Assembly (NCBI GenBank): GCA_963768855.1
Contig: CAVYJM010000018.1
Coordinates: 64,001 to 128,000 of the forward strand
DNA: 64,000 nt
Direction of reading: 5' to 3'
Source: an uncultured Thermoplasmata archaeon
Lineage (GTDB): Archaea > Thermoplasmatota > Thermoplasmata > RBG-16-68-12
Below the pieces are notes generated by a model. That model saw only the letters and a program-made list of their open reading frames with translations. It was not told the origin of the DNA and did no database searches. This document shows positions 37,938-48,666 of this stretch, piece after piece. Position 1 is the stretch's first letter, and each line of letters starts with the position of its first letter. Position numbers and translations under genes: made by a program.

Positions 37938-38477
37938 GTGACGGTCGTTGCCAAGATTGGGTTCATGGACCAGCACGGGAAAGTGCGGACCGCGGAGGGC
38001 ATCGTCGAGGTCCGCCGGTCCCCAGACGGCACGTACTCGGTTCCAGCTCCCGCGGCAGGCGAGTCCGGCCGAGTGAAGTATGATGACGAGCACGACATGC
38101 TCGAGATCGAACGACCCGGCGTCTACGTTTCGATCCATTTCCGCGGAGAGACGGAGCACACACGGTTCGAGTTCGGCGGGCACGTCTACGAGGTGGGCAC
38201 GATGGACTTCGGCGCGATCTCTATCAAGGAAGGCGGACGCCCCGTGGTCCAAGGGCACGTGACCGTGAGCGGGGTCCGCCTCCTCTCCGTCGCGCCCGAT
38301 CTGCAGCCAATCCAGCGCGAGCTCGCCTTCGGCCTCGCGCTCCACAGCGACGCGATCAGCAAGGGGTTCTGGCGGGAGGACGAGCCCTTCCTCGAGGGCA
38401 TCAAGGAGCAAATCGAGGGGGACCTGCTCGAAGGGGACGCGCGCCTCCGCCATGGGCAAGAGAAGCCCGACGAGTAG
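37938..38477 (+). CDS. Hypothetical protein (alternative start 37965)
   Basis: 179-aa ORF with genome-typical codon use; no motif recognised. Confidence 0.7.
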   Translation: MTVVAKIGFMDQHGKVRTAEGIVEVRRSPDGTYSVPAPAAGESGRVKYDDEHDMLEIERPGVYVSIHFRGETEHTRFEFGGHVYEVGTMDFGAISIKEGGRPVVQGHVTVSGVRLLSVAPDLQPIQRELAFGLALHSDAISKGFWREDEPFLEGIKEQIEGDLLEGDARLRHGQEKPDE

Positions 38478-38594
38478 CCGACCGGCGCAAGCGGACGGAC
38501 AATCACGCTAGGAGTTACGTGTCCTTCTGCGGCTGGGTTCGGTCTCGCGGCTCCGGCTGCGCCGAACTTCAACCCGTCCCGGCGAACCGCGGGC

Positions 38595-38696
38595 CTATCG
38601 TCGGCGCCGCTTGATCCGATGCTCGGGTCCCGCGCCGTGACGGCGGCGAGCGCGTCGCCGACCCGCCCGCGTCAGCCGGACTTCCTTCTTCGCCAT
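38595..38696 (-). CDS. Possible small Arg-rich protein MAKKEVRLTRAGRRRARRRHGAGPEHRIKRRRR
   Basis: ATG about 24-30 nt after a TTCAAATA box; 16 of 33 residues are R or K. Confidence 0.35.
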   Translation of the reverse strand: MAKKEVRLTRAGRRRARRRHGAGPEHRIKRRRR

Positions 38697-38964
38697 CGGC
38701 GCGGAGAGGCTGGACGCGCTATTTGAACCATGCCGTCGCAGCTCAGCGAAGGGCGCGGGATGTGCACGTCTCACTTCGATGACTCACCCCCGTGTTTGGA
38801 AGAGCGGGGGGCGGCCGTCCCATGGCCCGGTCCCCTGACTACTCGCAGGCGAGAGGCGGACACCTCCCATTCATCCGGGTCGAACGCCCCGGTCGGTAGG
38901 CTTTCTGCGAGAAGGTATTAGTAAGCCAGCCAAGATGTCAATTCGCGCGGGCAGGAGGGGGCAC

Positions 38965-39390
38965 ATGTCTGAATCCGACGCCGTCCGCAAAACGATCGAC
39001 GAGCACAATGCGAACATCTGCAAGTGGTATGCGGCCGGGGATGCGGACCGGCTCTCCCACATGTTCACGGAAGACTGCTGGCAGATGCCGCCGCACGCGG
39101 AGCCCCTCGTGGGACGTGCGGCGGTGCGGGAGTTCTGGAAGCAAGCCCTGCATTGGGGGAAGTGGAACTTCAGCCTCGAGACGCAGGACGTGGTCGCGAG
39201 CGGATCGGTCGCCGTCGAGCGGGGTCGGTACACCGTCAGCTTTTCCGCTGGCCCCTCCGCGCCGCCTGGCATGGGCTCCTCTGACGACCAGGGCAACTAC
39301 GTCGTGATGTGGCGCCGCGGCCGCGACGGTCAATGGCGCATCGTGTGGGATACGCCCGTCAGCACGGTACCCCTCTCGACCTCGCAGTAG
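38965..39390 (+). CDS. SnoaL/DUF4440 (NTF2-like) protein
   Basis: GDADRLSHMFTED, PLVGRAAVREFW, AVERGRY and GNYVVMWRR...WRIVWD. Confidence 0.85.
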   Translation: MSESDAVRKTIDEHNANICKWYAAGDADRLSHMFTEDCWQMPPHAEPLVGRAAVREFWKQALHWGKWNFSLETQDVVASGSVAVERGRYTVSFSAGPSAPPGMGSSDDQGNYVVMWRRGRDGQWRIVWDTPVSTVPLSTSQ

Positions 39391-39520
39391 TGATAGGGCA
39401 ATCCGTCGCGTGCCCTCTTGTCGGATCCCAACCTCGACCGACCCTCCGAGTCGAACGCCCGGGTCGTGATGCCTTTGACCGCCTTCGACTTGTTCGCCCG
39501 GGTGAGCGAACGTGGAAAGT

Positions 39521-39540
39521 GCCCGCCCCGTAGGGCGGGC
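39521..39540. terminator. GC hairpin GCCCGCCC-CGTA-GGGCGGGC
   Basis: Perfect 8-bp stem about 65 nt beyond the distal tRNA-Asp att copy; possibly the original downstream terminator of the tRNA. Confidence 0.4.
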
Positions 39541-39604
39541 GTGAGGGGACAACAACACGCAACGGTGGGTTGTGGCGCTACTGCGAGTCCGGGCGGGTGC
39601 ACAA

Positions 39605-39626
39605 CGGGAGAGCGACGCCCCGGTCG
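39605..39626 (+). repeat. Distal att copy of the tRNA-Asp 3' end
   Basis: CGGGAGAGCGACGCCCCGGTCG matches 48511-48531 (CGGGAGAGGACGCCCCGGTCG) apart from one extra C. Confidence 0.8.
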
Positions 39627-39786
39627 AATAGAGGAGTAACGGGCACCGTCCTCATCGATGAGTCGACCCTCGCGGCGTTCTCGGTCGGTCCGCCTCCTCG
39701 TCGAATATAATCGCCACGGGTATATCGTGGCCATCCGGATAGCCGTTTCGTGGTCAGCTCAGTTCCATCCGGAGAGAGACGCACTA

Positions 39787-40422
39787 TCACGACGTCGCAT
39801 GCTTCAGGACCAGGAACGCTTCCATCATGTCCCGTTCCTCGAGGACGAGGATGGTGTCCGTGTGGCAGCTCATCACTTGGAGGACGTTGAGCCCGTGGGA
39901 GGCAAGGCTCGCCATGAGGAATGCCAGGACGCCGGGAATCTCCTCGATGCTCTCGGGGCTCGTGACGCTCAGCTCCACGAGTCCCTTCCTGACCCGCAGG
40001 ACGTTGCCCGGGCTGATCGCCTTCGTGACCACGGGCAGCGTGTCGTCCTCGAGGATGAGGACAATGCCCTGGGAGGTGGGAATGAGTCGGATGATCCGGT
40101 TCGCAAGGAGCAGCTCGTTCACGACCTTCTCCAGGCGCACGAGGTTGTCGTAGGAGTATCGGACGGTTACGGTGGCCACCCGGGTTCGCGTCTCCAGCCG
40201 CGAACGGTGAAAAAGACGACGCAGGGCCTGCGCCCTCGCGGCGGACCGAGGCCGGACCCGGTACCGCCGACACGCCGCGAGGACGGCATCCATGCGCTCG
40301 ACGTCCAACTCCGTTGCGATCTTCCGAGCGAGGGCGGAAAGGTTGACGAGGCCGTCGGCCAAGCACTCCTTGATCGCGGGTTGGGCATCCAAGTAGCCCC
40401 TCACCTGGCGTGCGACGCTCAC
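39787..40422 (-). CDS. Archaeal ACT-domain protein with N-terminal HTH-like region
   Basis: GLVNLSALARKI; C-terminal ACT domain IPGVLAFLMASLASHGLNVLQVMSCHTDTILVL; divergent from argG. Confidence 0.8.
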   Translation of the reverse strand: MSVARQVRGYLDAQPAIKECLADGLVNLSALARKIATELDVERMDAVLAACRRYRVRPRSAARAQALRRLFHRSRLETRTRVATVTVRYSYDNLVRLEKVVNELLLANRIIRLIPTSQGIVLILEDDTLPVVTKAISPGNVLRVRKGLVELSVTSPESIEEIPGVLAFLMASLASHGLNVLQVMSCHTDTILVLEERDMMEAFLVLKHATS

Positions 40423-40543
40423 TGTTTCGCCTCGCCATCCGGAAGGTGCGTCCCATATTAGACAGTTGAGTTGGATTCTGACCTAAATTGGCCACAACGG
40501 TTATCACCTGTCCTCGGTCTGGCCCGTTCTCACAGGGAGGCAG

Positions 40544-41791
40544 ATGGTCGAGAAGGTCGTCCTCGCGTACTCGGGCGGGCTGGACACGTCCGTGGCCATC
40601 GCATGGCTCCAGGAGCAATTCGGAGTCGAGGTGATCGCGGTCACGGTGGACGTGGGCCAGGATGAGGACCTCACCGCGCTTGCGGAGAAAGCGAAAGCCA
40701 TTGGGGCCGTGTCGGCGGAGGTCATCGACGCGAAGGACGAGCTCACCGAGGAGTATCTCTTCCCGGCCCTTCAAGCGAACGCCATCTATGAGGGAGTGTA
40801 CCCCCTGAGCACCGCCCTCGCGCGCCCCCTCATCGTCAAGCACCTAGTCGCTGCCGCGCACGCCCACGATGCGGGCGCCGTCGCCCACGGGTGCACGGGC
40901 AAGGGAAACGACCAGGTGCGGTTCGAGGTGGGCATTGCTGCGCTGGATCCTTTGCTGAAGGTCCTCGCCCCCGCCCGGACCTGGGGCATGACCCGCGAGC
41001 AGGAAATCGACTACGCGCAAATCCACGGGATCCCAACCGGTGTGACGAAGCAGAAAGCCTACAGCGTCGACGCGAATCTCTGGGGCCGCTCCGTCGAAGG
41101 TGGTCGGCTCGAGGACCCCACCCTGGAACCGTCGGAGGATGCGTTCCTCTGGACCACGAGTCCCATTCTCGCGCCACCGGAGCCGCAGCTCCTTGAGATC
41201 GTCTTCGACCAGGGAGTGCCCGTCAAGGCTGCGGAGGCCGAAGACTCTGTGGAAATCGTACGGCGCCTGAATCGCTTGTGCGGTCGCAACGGGATCGGAC
41301 GCATCGACCACGTGGAGAGCCGGGTGGTGGGCATCAAGTCCCGCGAGGTCTACGAGTGTCCTGCCGCGACGGTGCTGATCGCGGCCCACCGCGCCCTCGA
41401 AGCCCTCACCCTGCCCAAGGACGTCCTTCGTTTCAAGTCCATCGTGGAGACGCGCTACGCGGAACTGGTTTACGACGGCCTATGGTACACCCCCCTCCGG
41501 GAATGCCTCCAGGCGTTCGTGGCGGAATCGCAAGCGCGCGTTACGGGACGTGTGAGCCTGAAGCTGTACAAGGGGTCCGTAGCTGTCGTCGGCCGCGACT
41601 CGCCCAATGCCCTCTACGACCACGGCCTCGCGACGTACGGGTCGGGCGATGCCTTCGACGCTTCCGCGGCAGAGGGATTCGTCAAGCTCTGGGGGCTGCC
41701 CTCCAAGGTCTGGGCGCAGGCGGGCCAGAAACGCGTCACGATGAAGAAGAAGGAGGTGACCGCCCCTGCGGCCCTTGTCCACGGTCCCTGA
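40544..41791 (+). CDS. argG: Argininosuccinate synthase
   Basis: LAYSGGLDTS, HGCTGKGNDQVRF, YSVDANLWGRS and GIKSREVYE. Confidence 0.97.
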   Translation: MVEKVVLAYSGGLDTSVAIAWLQEQFGVEVIAVTVDVGQDEDLTALAEKAKAIGAVSAEVIDAKDELTEEYLFPALQANAIYEGVYPLSTALARPLIVKHLVAAAHAHDAGAVAHGCTGKGNDQVRFEVGIAALDPLLKVLAPARTWGMTREQEIDYAQIHGIPTGVTKQKAYSVDANLWGRSVEGGRLEDPTLEPSEDAFLWTTSPILAPPEPQLLEIVFDQGVPVKAAEAEDSVEIVRRLNRLCGRNGIGRIDHVESRVVGIKSREVYECPAATVLIAAHRALEALTLPKDVLRFKSIVETRYAELVYDGLWYTPLRECLQAFVAESQARVTGRVSLKLYKGSVAVVGRDSPNALYDHGLATYGSGDAFDASAAEGFVKLWGLPSKVWAQAGQKRVTMKKKEVTAPAALVHGP

Positions 41792-43220
41792 GCCGAAGGC
41801 GTTCCCGTTCGTCGCCCAGGGCGCGACCGCGGCGTTCATTGCCTCTCTCCCTGTGGACCAGCGCCTCGCCGCAGCCGACATCGCGGGCAGCCTCGCCCAC
41901 GTGGCCATGCTCCAGAAGGCGGGGCTCCTGAACCGCCAGGAGGCGAAGAAGCTCGCCGCGGCCCTCCGGACCTGTTCTGCGGAGATCGAGGCGGGAGCAT
42001 TCCCTTGGCAGGAGTCCCTCGAGGACGTCCATACGAACATCGAGGCCCGCGTCCTCGAGCTGGCCGGTGCCGCAGGGGAGAAGGTCCACGCAGGGCGCTC
42101 CCGGAACGACCAGGTGGCCCTCGACGAACGTCTCTACCTGCGCCTCGCCATCCAGTGCCTTCTCTCTAGGATCGTCGCCCTGGAGGAATCGCTCCTCGGT
42201 CAGGCGAAGAAGGCACAGGAGATCGTCCTTCCCGCTTACACCCACCTCCAGAGGGCGCAGCCCGTCCTCCTGGCCCATGCCCTCCTCGCCCACTTCTGGC
42301 GCCTGGCCCGGGACGCGGACCGGCTCCACGATACATTCGCCCGGGTCAACGTGAGCCCCGCCGGCGCGGCGGCGGTTGCCGGGACCTCCCTGTCCCTCGA
42401 TCCTCTCCTGCCGGCCGCCCTCCTGGGGTTCGACCACGCGTTCTCCAACTCCATCGACGCGACGTGCGACCGGGACGCCCTCGTGGAGGTGACGTTTGAC
42501 CTAGCGTTGCTTGCGGTGCACCTGAGCGAGCTCGGCGAAGACCTCGTCCTGTGGTCGAGCCACGAGTTCGGGATCGCCACCCTCGGAACGGACCACCTTT
42601 CGGGGAGCAGCTTCCTGCCGAACAAGCGGAACCCTGACGTTCCCGAGCTCGTACGGGGTCAGGCCGGCGCGGTGATCGGAGACCTCGTCGGCCTCCTGAC
42701 GATGCTCAAGGGGTTGCCCCTGGGCTACAACCGGGATCTTCAGGCGGACAAGGCGCCCGTCTTCCATGCGATCGACACGGTCACGGCATCCTTAGGTATC
42801 CTGGCCCAGGTCGTCTCCCATGTCAGTTTCCCGCCGGAAGCTGGGGCCGCCATGATCGATCCCACCCAGAGCGCCGCACTCCTCGTGGAGTTCCTCGTCC
42901 AACGGCAGGTTCCGTACCGGGAGGCGTACGATCTCGTGAAGGGGCACATCCTCGACCTTGCATCCACCGGCGACGAGGCTACCCAACTCTCCCAACTGCG
43001 CATGACCTCCCACCTATTCGACGAAAGCGCGCTACCCCTCCTCAGCCCGCAAGGAGCCGTCGCGGCTGTTGTCTCCCATGGAGGGACGGGGCCCGAGCCC
43101 GTCGCGGCTCAAATCCACGAGGCGGAGGGAACGCTGGGCCAGCAGGCCTACTATCTCAATGTCATCGCGAAGAAGAACAGCCGGATCGCGGCCGTGCTGT
43201 CGGGCGAGGTAGGTCCATGA
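41775..43220 (+). CDS. argH: Argininosuccinate lyase
   Basis: EDVHTNIE, HAGRSRNDQV, PAYTHLQRAQP, GSSFLPNKRNPD and YNRDLQADK. Confidence 0.92.
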   Translation: MSTVPEPKAFPFVAQGATAAFIASLPVDQRLAAADIAGSLAHVAMLQKAGLLNRQEAKKLAAALRTCSAEIEAGAFPWQESLEDVHTNIEARVLELAGAAGEKVHAGRSRNDQVALDERLYLRLAIQCLLSRIVALEESLLGQAKKAQEIVLPAYTHLQRAQPVLLAHALLAHFWRLARDADRLHDTFARVNVSPAGAAAVAGTSLSLDPLLPAALLGFDHAFSNSIDATCDRDALVEVTFDLALLAVHLSELGEDLVLWSSHEFGIATLGTDHLSGSSFLPNKRNPDVPELVRGQAGAVIGDLVGLLTMLKGLPLGYNRDLQADKAPVFHAIDTVTASLGILAQVVSHVSFPPEAGAAMIDPTQSAALLVEFLVQRQVPYREAYDLVKGHILDLASTGDEATQLSQLRMTSHLFDESALPLLSPQGAVAAVVSHGGTGPEPVAAQIHEAEGTLGQQAYYLNVIAKKNSRIAAVLSGEVGP

Positions 43221-43319
43221 ACGCCCGACCGCATCCGTCACCACCGCCGAACCCTCGAGCGGCCGCGCTCTAGGGCTCCGGGTTCATCGCGGTGTTCTCG
43301 AGGTTCTGGAAGTGGTTCC

Positions 43320-43480
43320 ATGAATGCATGCCTGACGTGCGGAGCGGACGTTTCCGTGAAGGGAGCGGAGCAAGGAGAAATCTTCACCTGCGGGGAATGC
43401 GGGACGGATCTTGAGGTCCTGTCCCTGGAGCCGATCGTGCTCGGCCTCGCTCCGGAGACGAAGGAAGACTGGGGGAGTAG
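43320..43480 (+). pseudogene. lysW: LysW/ArgW amino-group carrier protein with a terminal -1 frameshift
   Basis: CLTC...CGECGTDLEV...EDWG; one more G in the run at 43471-43475 would give the canonical EDWGE-stop. Confidence 0.85.
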
Positions 43481-45093
<1,613 letters not shown>

Positions 45094-45109
<16 letters not shown>

Positions 45110-45385
45110 TCGAGCCAACTCACGACGGCCTTCTTCACCGTCTCCACGTAGGACCCGGCGCGCCCCGCGTCGAGGAGGCGTTACACTTCGTCGTCGAGCA
45201 AGTCGTCCCTCTGCTTGGCCTTCAAGCGGACGTACTCGCTCGGGGTCACGCCGACGGATTCACAAAACGGCCCAAGGTCCGGAGGTAGTTGTCCGCCGTA
45301 TGCCGAGCCGTGCGGGCCAAGGCGTTGTACCACCTGCGCACGTCCGGCGCTTCGAGCAGATGGCGATTGGCGGATGCGCGGCACG
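45094..45385 (-). pseudogene. N-terminal relic of an archaeal tyrosine integrase
   Basis: LLEAPDVRRWYNALAR...DNYLRTLGRF / CESVGVTPSEY...DDEV*RLLDAGRAGSYVETVKKAVVSWLDHNG; has a frameshift, an in-frame TAA (45181-45183) and no catalytic domain. Confidence 0.7.
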
Positions 45386-45435
45386 GAAGGAGCCTCCGCG
45401 GCGCGGGATATAAGATATTCGAACCCAGTTGGGAG

Positions 45436-45448
45436 CGCCCCGGTCGGG
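45436..45448 (+). repeat. Internal att copy of the tRNA-Asp 3' end
   Basis: CGCCCCGGTCGGG is identical to 48521-48533. Confidence 0.75.
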
Positions 45449-45609
45449 GGGCGCTTTACCCTGTCGCGATGGTCGGATTGACCCCCTGGTAGGATCCTAG
45501 CTTCGGTTGCGTTCCCACTATGCCGGGCCTTCGCGGCCCGGCCCGTTCCCACCGTGCAACGTGCTGGAACTCCGGGACCGTGCGCGCGGCGTATTCGCCA
45601 GACGCAGCC

Positions 45610-45693
45610 TTACTTCTGCTCTTGTGCGACCTTCAGCGTTTCTCGGCAGAACGCGGGCAGGTCCATCGGGTAGCGTGAGGTCACGAGGTTGCC
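45610..45693 (-). pseudogene. C-terminal fragment of a PfpI/DJ-1 family protein
   Basis: GNLVTSRYPMDLPAFCRETLKVAQEQK-stop with no upstream body. Confidence 0.6.
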
Positions 45694-45831
45694 GGACCCC
45701 AGTCGACATCCTCATCAACCGTCGAAACCTCCTGCAAGCCCTTCGACAGGTTGTGGTCCCCTTCGCCACATCGTCTTATAGGTTGAGGGCCGATACTGCT
45801 CGGACCGGCGGTTCTGGACTAGGGCCCTCAC

Positions 45832-46395
45832 ATGATTCCTGTACACACTCCTGGCCTCGCGCTTTTTTTCGAGCGCGCGTCCGGCCTGGGGGTTGAGTAC
45901 ACAATCGGGCCCAGGGAGCCGGTTCGGGCGGAACTCATCCGCGACTTGATGCCCTTCAGGCACGTCGCAGCGGTGGGCTTGCCTCTTGACCTTGCCCAGG
46001 ACCTTCGGCTCTCCCTCGAGGGCAAGCTGCTGGAGGTTCCAGGGGTAACTTTGGAATCCCTGGAGACCGCGGAGGCATGCGTTACCGTGAGCGAGCAGCT
46101 CGTGGCGGAATCGGGCTCCGTCGTCCTTGTCTCGAAGAACTTGGAGGAATGGAGAGCAACGGCGCTCCCCGATCGCCTCCACATATTCTGCGCAACGCCA
46201 AGGGTTTTCCCTCGCGTGACCGAGTTCCTGAAAGCGTCCTCGGCGGGATTCCAGCCGAAGACTACTGTCACCCTCGTCTCTGGTCCGAGTCGCACCGCGG
46301 ATGTCGAGATGATCCTTGTGAAAGGGGTTCACGGTCCGAGTTACGTCAAAGTGTACGTGTCCACGGAGGAGGGGCGTGGGCGGAACACCGCTTGA
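45832..46395 (+). CDS. LUD-domain protein (LutC-like)
   Basis: VAESGSVVL, LPDRLHI and LVSGPSRTADVEMILVKGVHGP. Confidence 0.88.
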   Translation: MIPVHTPGLALFFERASGLGVEYTIGPREPVRAELIRDLMPFRHVAAVGLPLDLAQDLRLSLEGKLLEVPGVTLESLETAEACVTVSEQLVAESGSVVLVSKNLEEWRATALPDRLHIFCATPRVFPRVTEFLKASSAGFQPKTTVTLVSGPSRTADVEMILVKGVHGPSYVKVYVSTEEGRGRNTA

Positions 46396-48478
46396 ACGGC
46401 GCGTGGAGTGGGGCCTTCGCGATCGCGGCCGGGTCTCCGCCATCCGTTCCGGGCTCCGGAACCTGAGACGGCAGCGGCACGAGGCCCTCACGGAACTCGG
46501 AGACGTGGCCGAACTGCGCGAAGCGGCGTCGAAGGTGAAGGACCGCAGTATCCGGGAACTGCCGCGCCTCTTGCGCGATTTCACCGCCGCGTCGGAGCGC
46601 CAGGGGGCGGCGGTCCATTTCGCCGCCGACGGCGAGGAGGCCCGGGAAATCATTTCCGGACTCCTGATCGCTCGCGGCATCAGGAAGGTCGTCAAGTCCA
46701 AATCGATGACCTCCGAGGAGATTGCCCTAAACCATGAACTCGAGGGGCAGGGCATCGAGGTCATCGACACGGACCTGGGGGAGCGCGCGGTTCAGTTGTC
46801 CGGGGAGAAGCCCTCACACATTGTCGCTCCTGCCGTCCATTTGACTCGGCATGACTTCGCCCGGCTCTTCCGAGAAAAGGAGGAAGTCGATGTGCCCCCA
46901 GACCCCGGACAGATCACCCGCGCGGCCCGGCAGATCCTCAGGACCCGGTTCCTGGCTGCCGAGGCCGCCATCTCGGGGGCCAACATCCTCGTGGCGGAGT
47001 CTGGGTCCGTCGTCCTTGTCACGAACGAGGGAAACGGACGGCTCGGCCCCTCAATGTCCCGGTTGCACATCGTTGTGGCAGGCGTCGAAAAGCTCGTGGA
47101 GACATGGCAAGAGGCAGGGCCCCTCCTCGAGCTCCTTGCGCGTTCGGCGACGGGACAACGTCTCACTGTCTACACGACCTTCATCCACGGGCCGCAGGTC
47201 CTCAACGATGGTTCCCCTCAGGAGCTCCACATCGTCTTGCTGGACAGCGGTCGCATGAGGGCGCGCGGGACCGGCCTCGAGGTGGCGCTGAAATGCATCC
47301 GCTGCGGCGCCTGCCTCAACACCTGCCCGACGTTCAGCGTCCTCGGCGGCCACGTGTTCGGGGGTCCCACCTATCCGGGCCCCATGGGCATCCTCTGGAC
47401 CGCAATGACCGAAGGTCCCGATTCCGCGAACGAGTTCTCGGATCTGTGCATCTCCTGTGGCCTCTGCTCGAGCGTATGTCCCACCGAGATCCCCTTGGCG
47501 GAGACGATCATGGAGATCAAGGCGCAGGGGGCGAACCGAAGGGGCGGTAGGCTTTCGGAGAAGGTTCTCGCCTCTGTGGGTACAATCGACCGATGGGCCT
47601 CCCTCGTGCCGGCTCTCTGGAACCGGGTGGTCACGGCACCGGTTGGCGCAGGCGTATTGAGGGCAGTAGGACTCGAGTCGAGAAGGAGCCCGCTCCTCGT
47701 CGAGCGGCCGTTGCGGCTGAAGGGGACAATCGGCCGTCCCGAGGACACCCTCGTCTACTTTTCCGATATCTACGCCCGGTTCAACCGCCCCGAGGTCGGT
47801 CGGCTCACGGAACGAATCCTCGCTGCCCTCGGCTGGAACCTATTCCATCCCAGAGGGCAGACCGAGGCCGGCATGCCGTACCTCTCCTACGGCATGGTCC
47901 AGGCCGCGCGGCGCTCCGCCCAGCAGAACCTGCGTGTCCTGGCTCCTTATGCAGAACGCGGATATCGGATTGTGGTCACGGAGCCCACGGCCCTGTACCT
48001 GTTGCGGAAGGTGTATCCGAGGTTGGTGCCGGGTCCTCGGGCGGCGACCGTCGCGGGACGAAGCCTGGGCATCGATGAGGTCATTCTCCAGGAAATTCTA
48101 CGAGGTGGACTCCAGCTCGCGAAGACGCGGCCTGCGTCCTCCCTTTTCTACCACGTCCCCTGTCATGCTCGGTCCATGGGTGCCCAGGCGTACCCAGGAC
48201 TGCTGGAGCGCGCGGGCTACAAAGTAACCGGGAGCGACGTAACATGCTGCGGGATTGGTGGATCCTTTGGGTACAAACACGGGCCTCTCGGTTACGACCT
48301 TTCGATGGTCATTGGAGAGGAGCTGTTCGACCAGGCACGGAGATTCACTCAAGGGATTATCGCCACCGAAAGCTCGGTCTGTGCCATCCAGCTTAAGGAT
48401 GGATTGGGTCTCCGAAAGGTGTTCCATCCCCTTGAGCTGTTCGAGGCCAAGCCGCCGAATCAAGCTCGGCCGGATTGA
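46376..48478 (+). CDS. LutB-like lactate-utilisation Fe-S protein fused to cysteine-rich (CCG) domains
   Basis: KSKSMTSEE, TDLGE, SHIVAPAVH, CIRCGACLNTCP, CISCGLCSSVCP, YHVPCH and CCGIGGSFG. Confidence 0.88.
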   Translation: MGGTPLERRVEWGLRDRGRVSAIRSGLRNLRRQRHEALTELGDVAELREAASKVKDRSIRELPRLLRDFTAASERQGAAVHFAADGEEAREIISGLLIARGIRKVVKSKSMTSEEIALNHELEGQGIEVIDTDLGERAVQLSGEKPSHIVAPAVHLTRHDFARLFREKEEVDVPPDPGQITRAARQILRTRFLAAEAAISGANILVAESGSVVLVTNEGNGRLGPSMSRLHIVVAGVEKLVETWQEAGPLLELLARSATGQRLTVYTTFIHGPQVLNDGSPQELHIVLLDSGRMRARGTGLEVALKCIRCGACLNTCPTFSVLGGHVFGGPTYPGPMGILWTAMTEGPDSANEFSDLCISCGLCSSVCPTEIPLAETIMEIKAQGANRRGGRLSEKVLASVGTIDRWASLVPALWNRVVTAPVGAGVLRAVGLESRRSPLLVERPLRLKGTIGRPEDTLVYFSDIYARFNRPEVGRLTERILAALGWNLFHPRGQTEAGMPYLSYGMVQAARRSAQQNLRVLAPYAERGYRIVVTEPTALYLLRKVYPRLVPGPRAATVAGRSLGIDEVILQEILRGGLQLAKTRPASSLFYHVPCHARSMGAQAYPGLLERAGYKVTGSDVTCCGIGGSFGYKHGPLGYDLSMVIGEELFDQARRFTQGIIATESSVCAIQLKDGLGLRKVFHPLELFEAKPPNQARPD

Positions 48479-48520
48479 AAGATGCGGTTCGCCTTCAAGC
48501 GGGTTTGCAGCGGGAGAGGA

Positions 48521-48593
48521 CGCCCCGGTCGGGATTCGAACCCGAGCACCCGGCTCGACAGGCCGGGATCATAGACCGCTAGACCACCGGGGC
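48521..48593 (-). tRNA. tRNA-Asp (GTC)
   Basis: GCCCCGG acceptor stem, CCCGGC-CTGTCGA-GCCGGG anticodon arm, CGGGTTCGAATCCCG T arm, discriminator G, no CCA. Confidence 0.96.
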
Positions 48594-48620
48594 AGTGGGC
48601 GATGGCAACTGAAGGGGGCT

Positions 48621-48631
48621 AATTAGGCTTT
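48621..48631 (+). repeat. Left att core, coinciding with the tRNA-Asp promoter (minus strand AAAGCCTAATT)
   Basis: Exact 11-bp match to 56021-56031; 28-38 nt upstream of the tRNA 5' end. Confidence 0.75.
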
Positions 48632-48666
48632 GGGACCGATATCGTGCTTTCCCGTGGTGCCAAATT

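Noticed and set aside
39505-39560. RNase P RNA or IS200/IS605 end, suggested by GGAAAGTGCC and a GC hairpin
   Set aside because: Other RNase P conserved regions are missing and no transposase or TnpB remnant is nearby; kept only as a hairpin
45417-45426. ATTCGAACCC, matching the tRNA-Asp T-arm next to the internal att copy
   Set aside because: It lies in the wrong order relative to the 13-bp copy and is only 10 bp, so it may be chance
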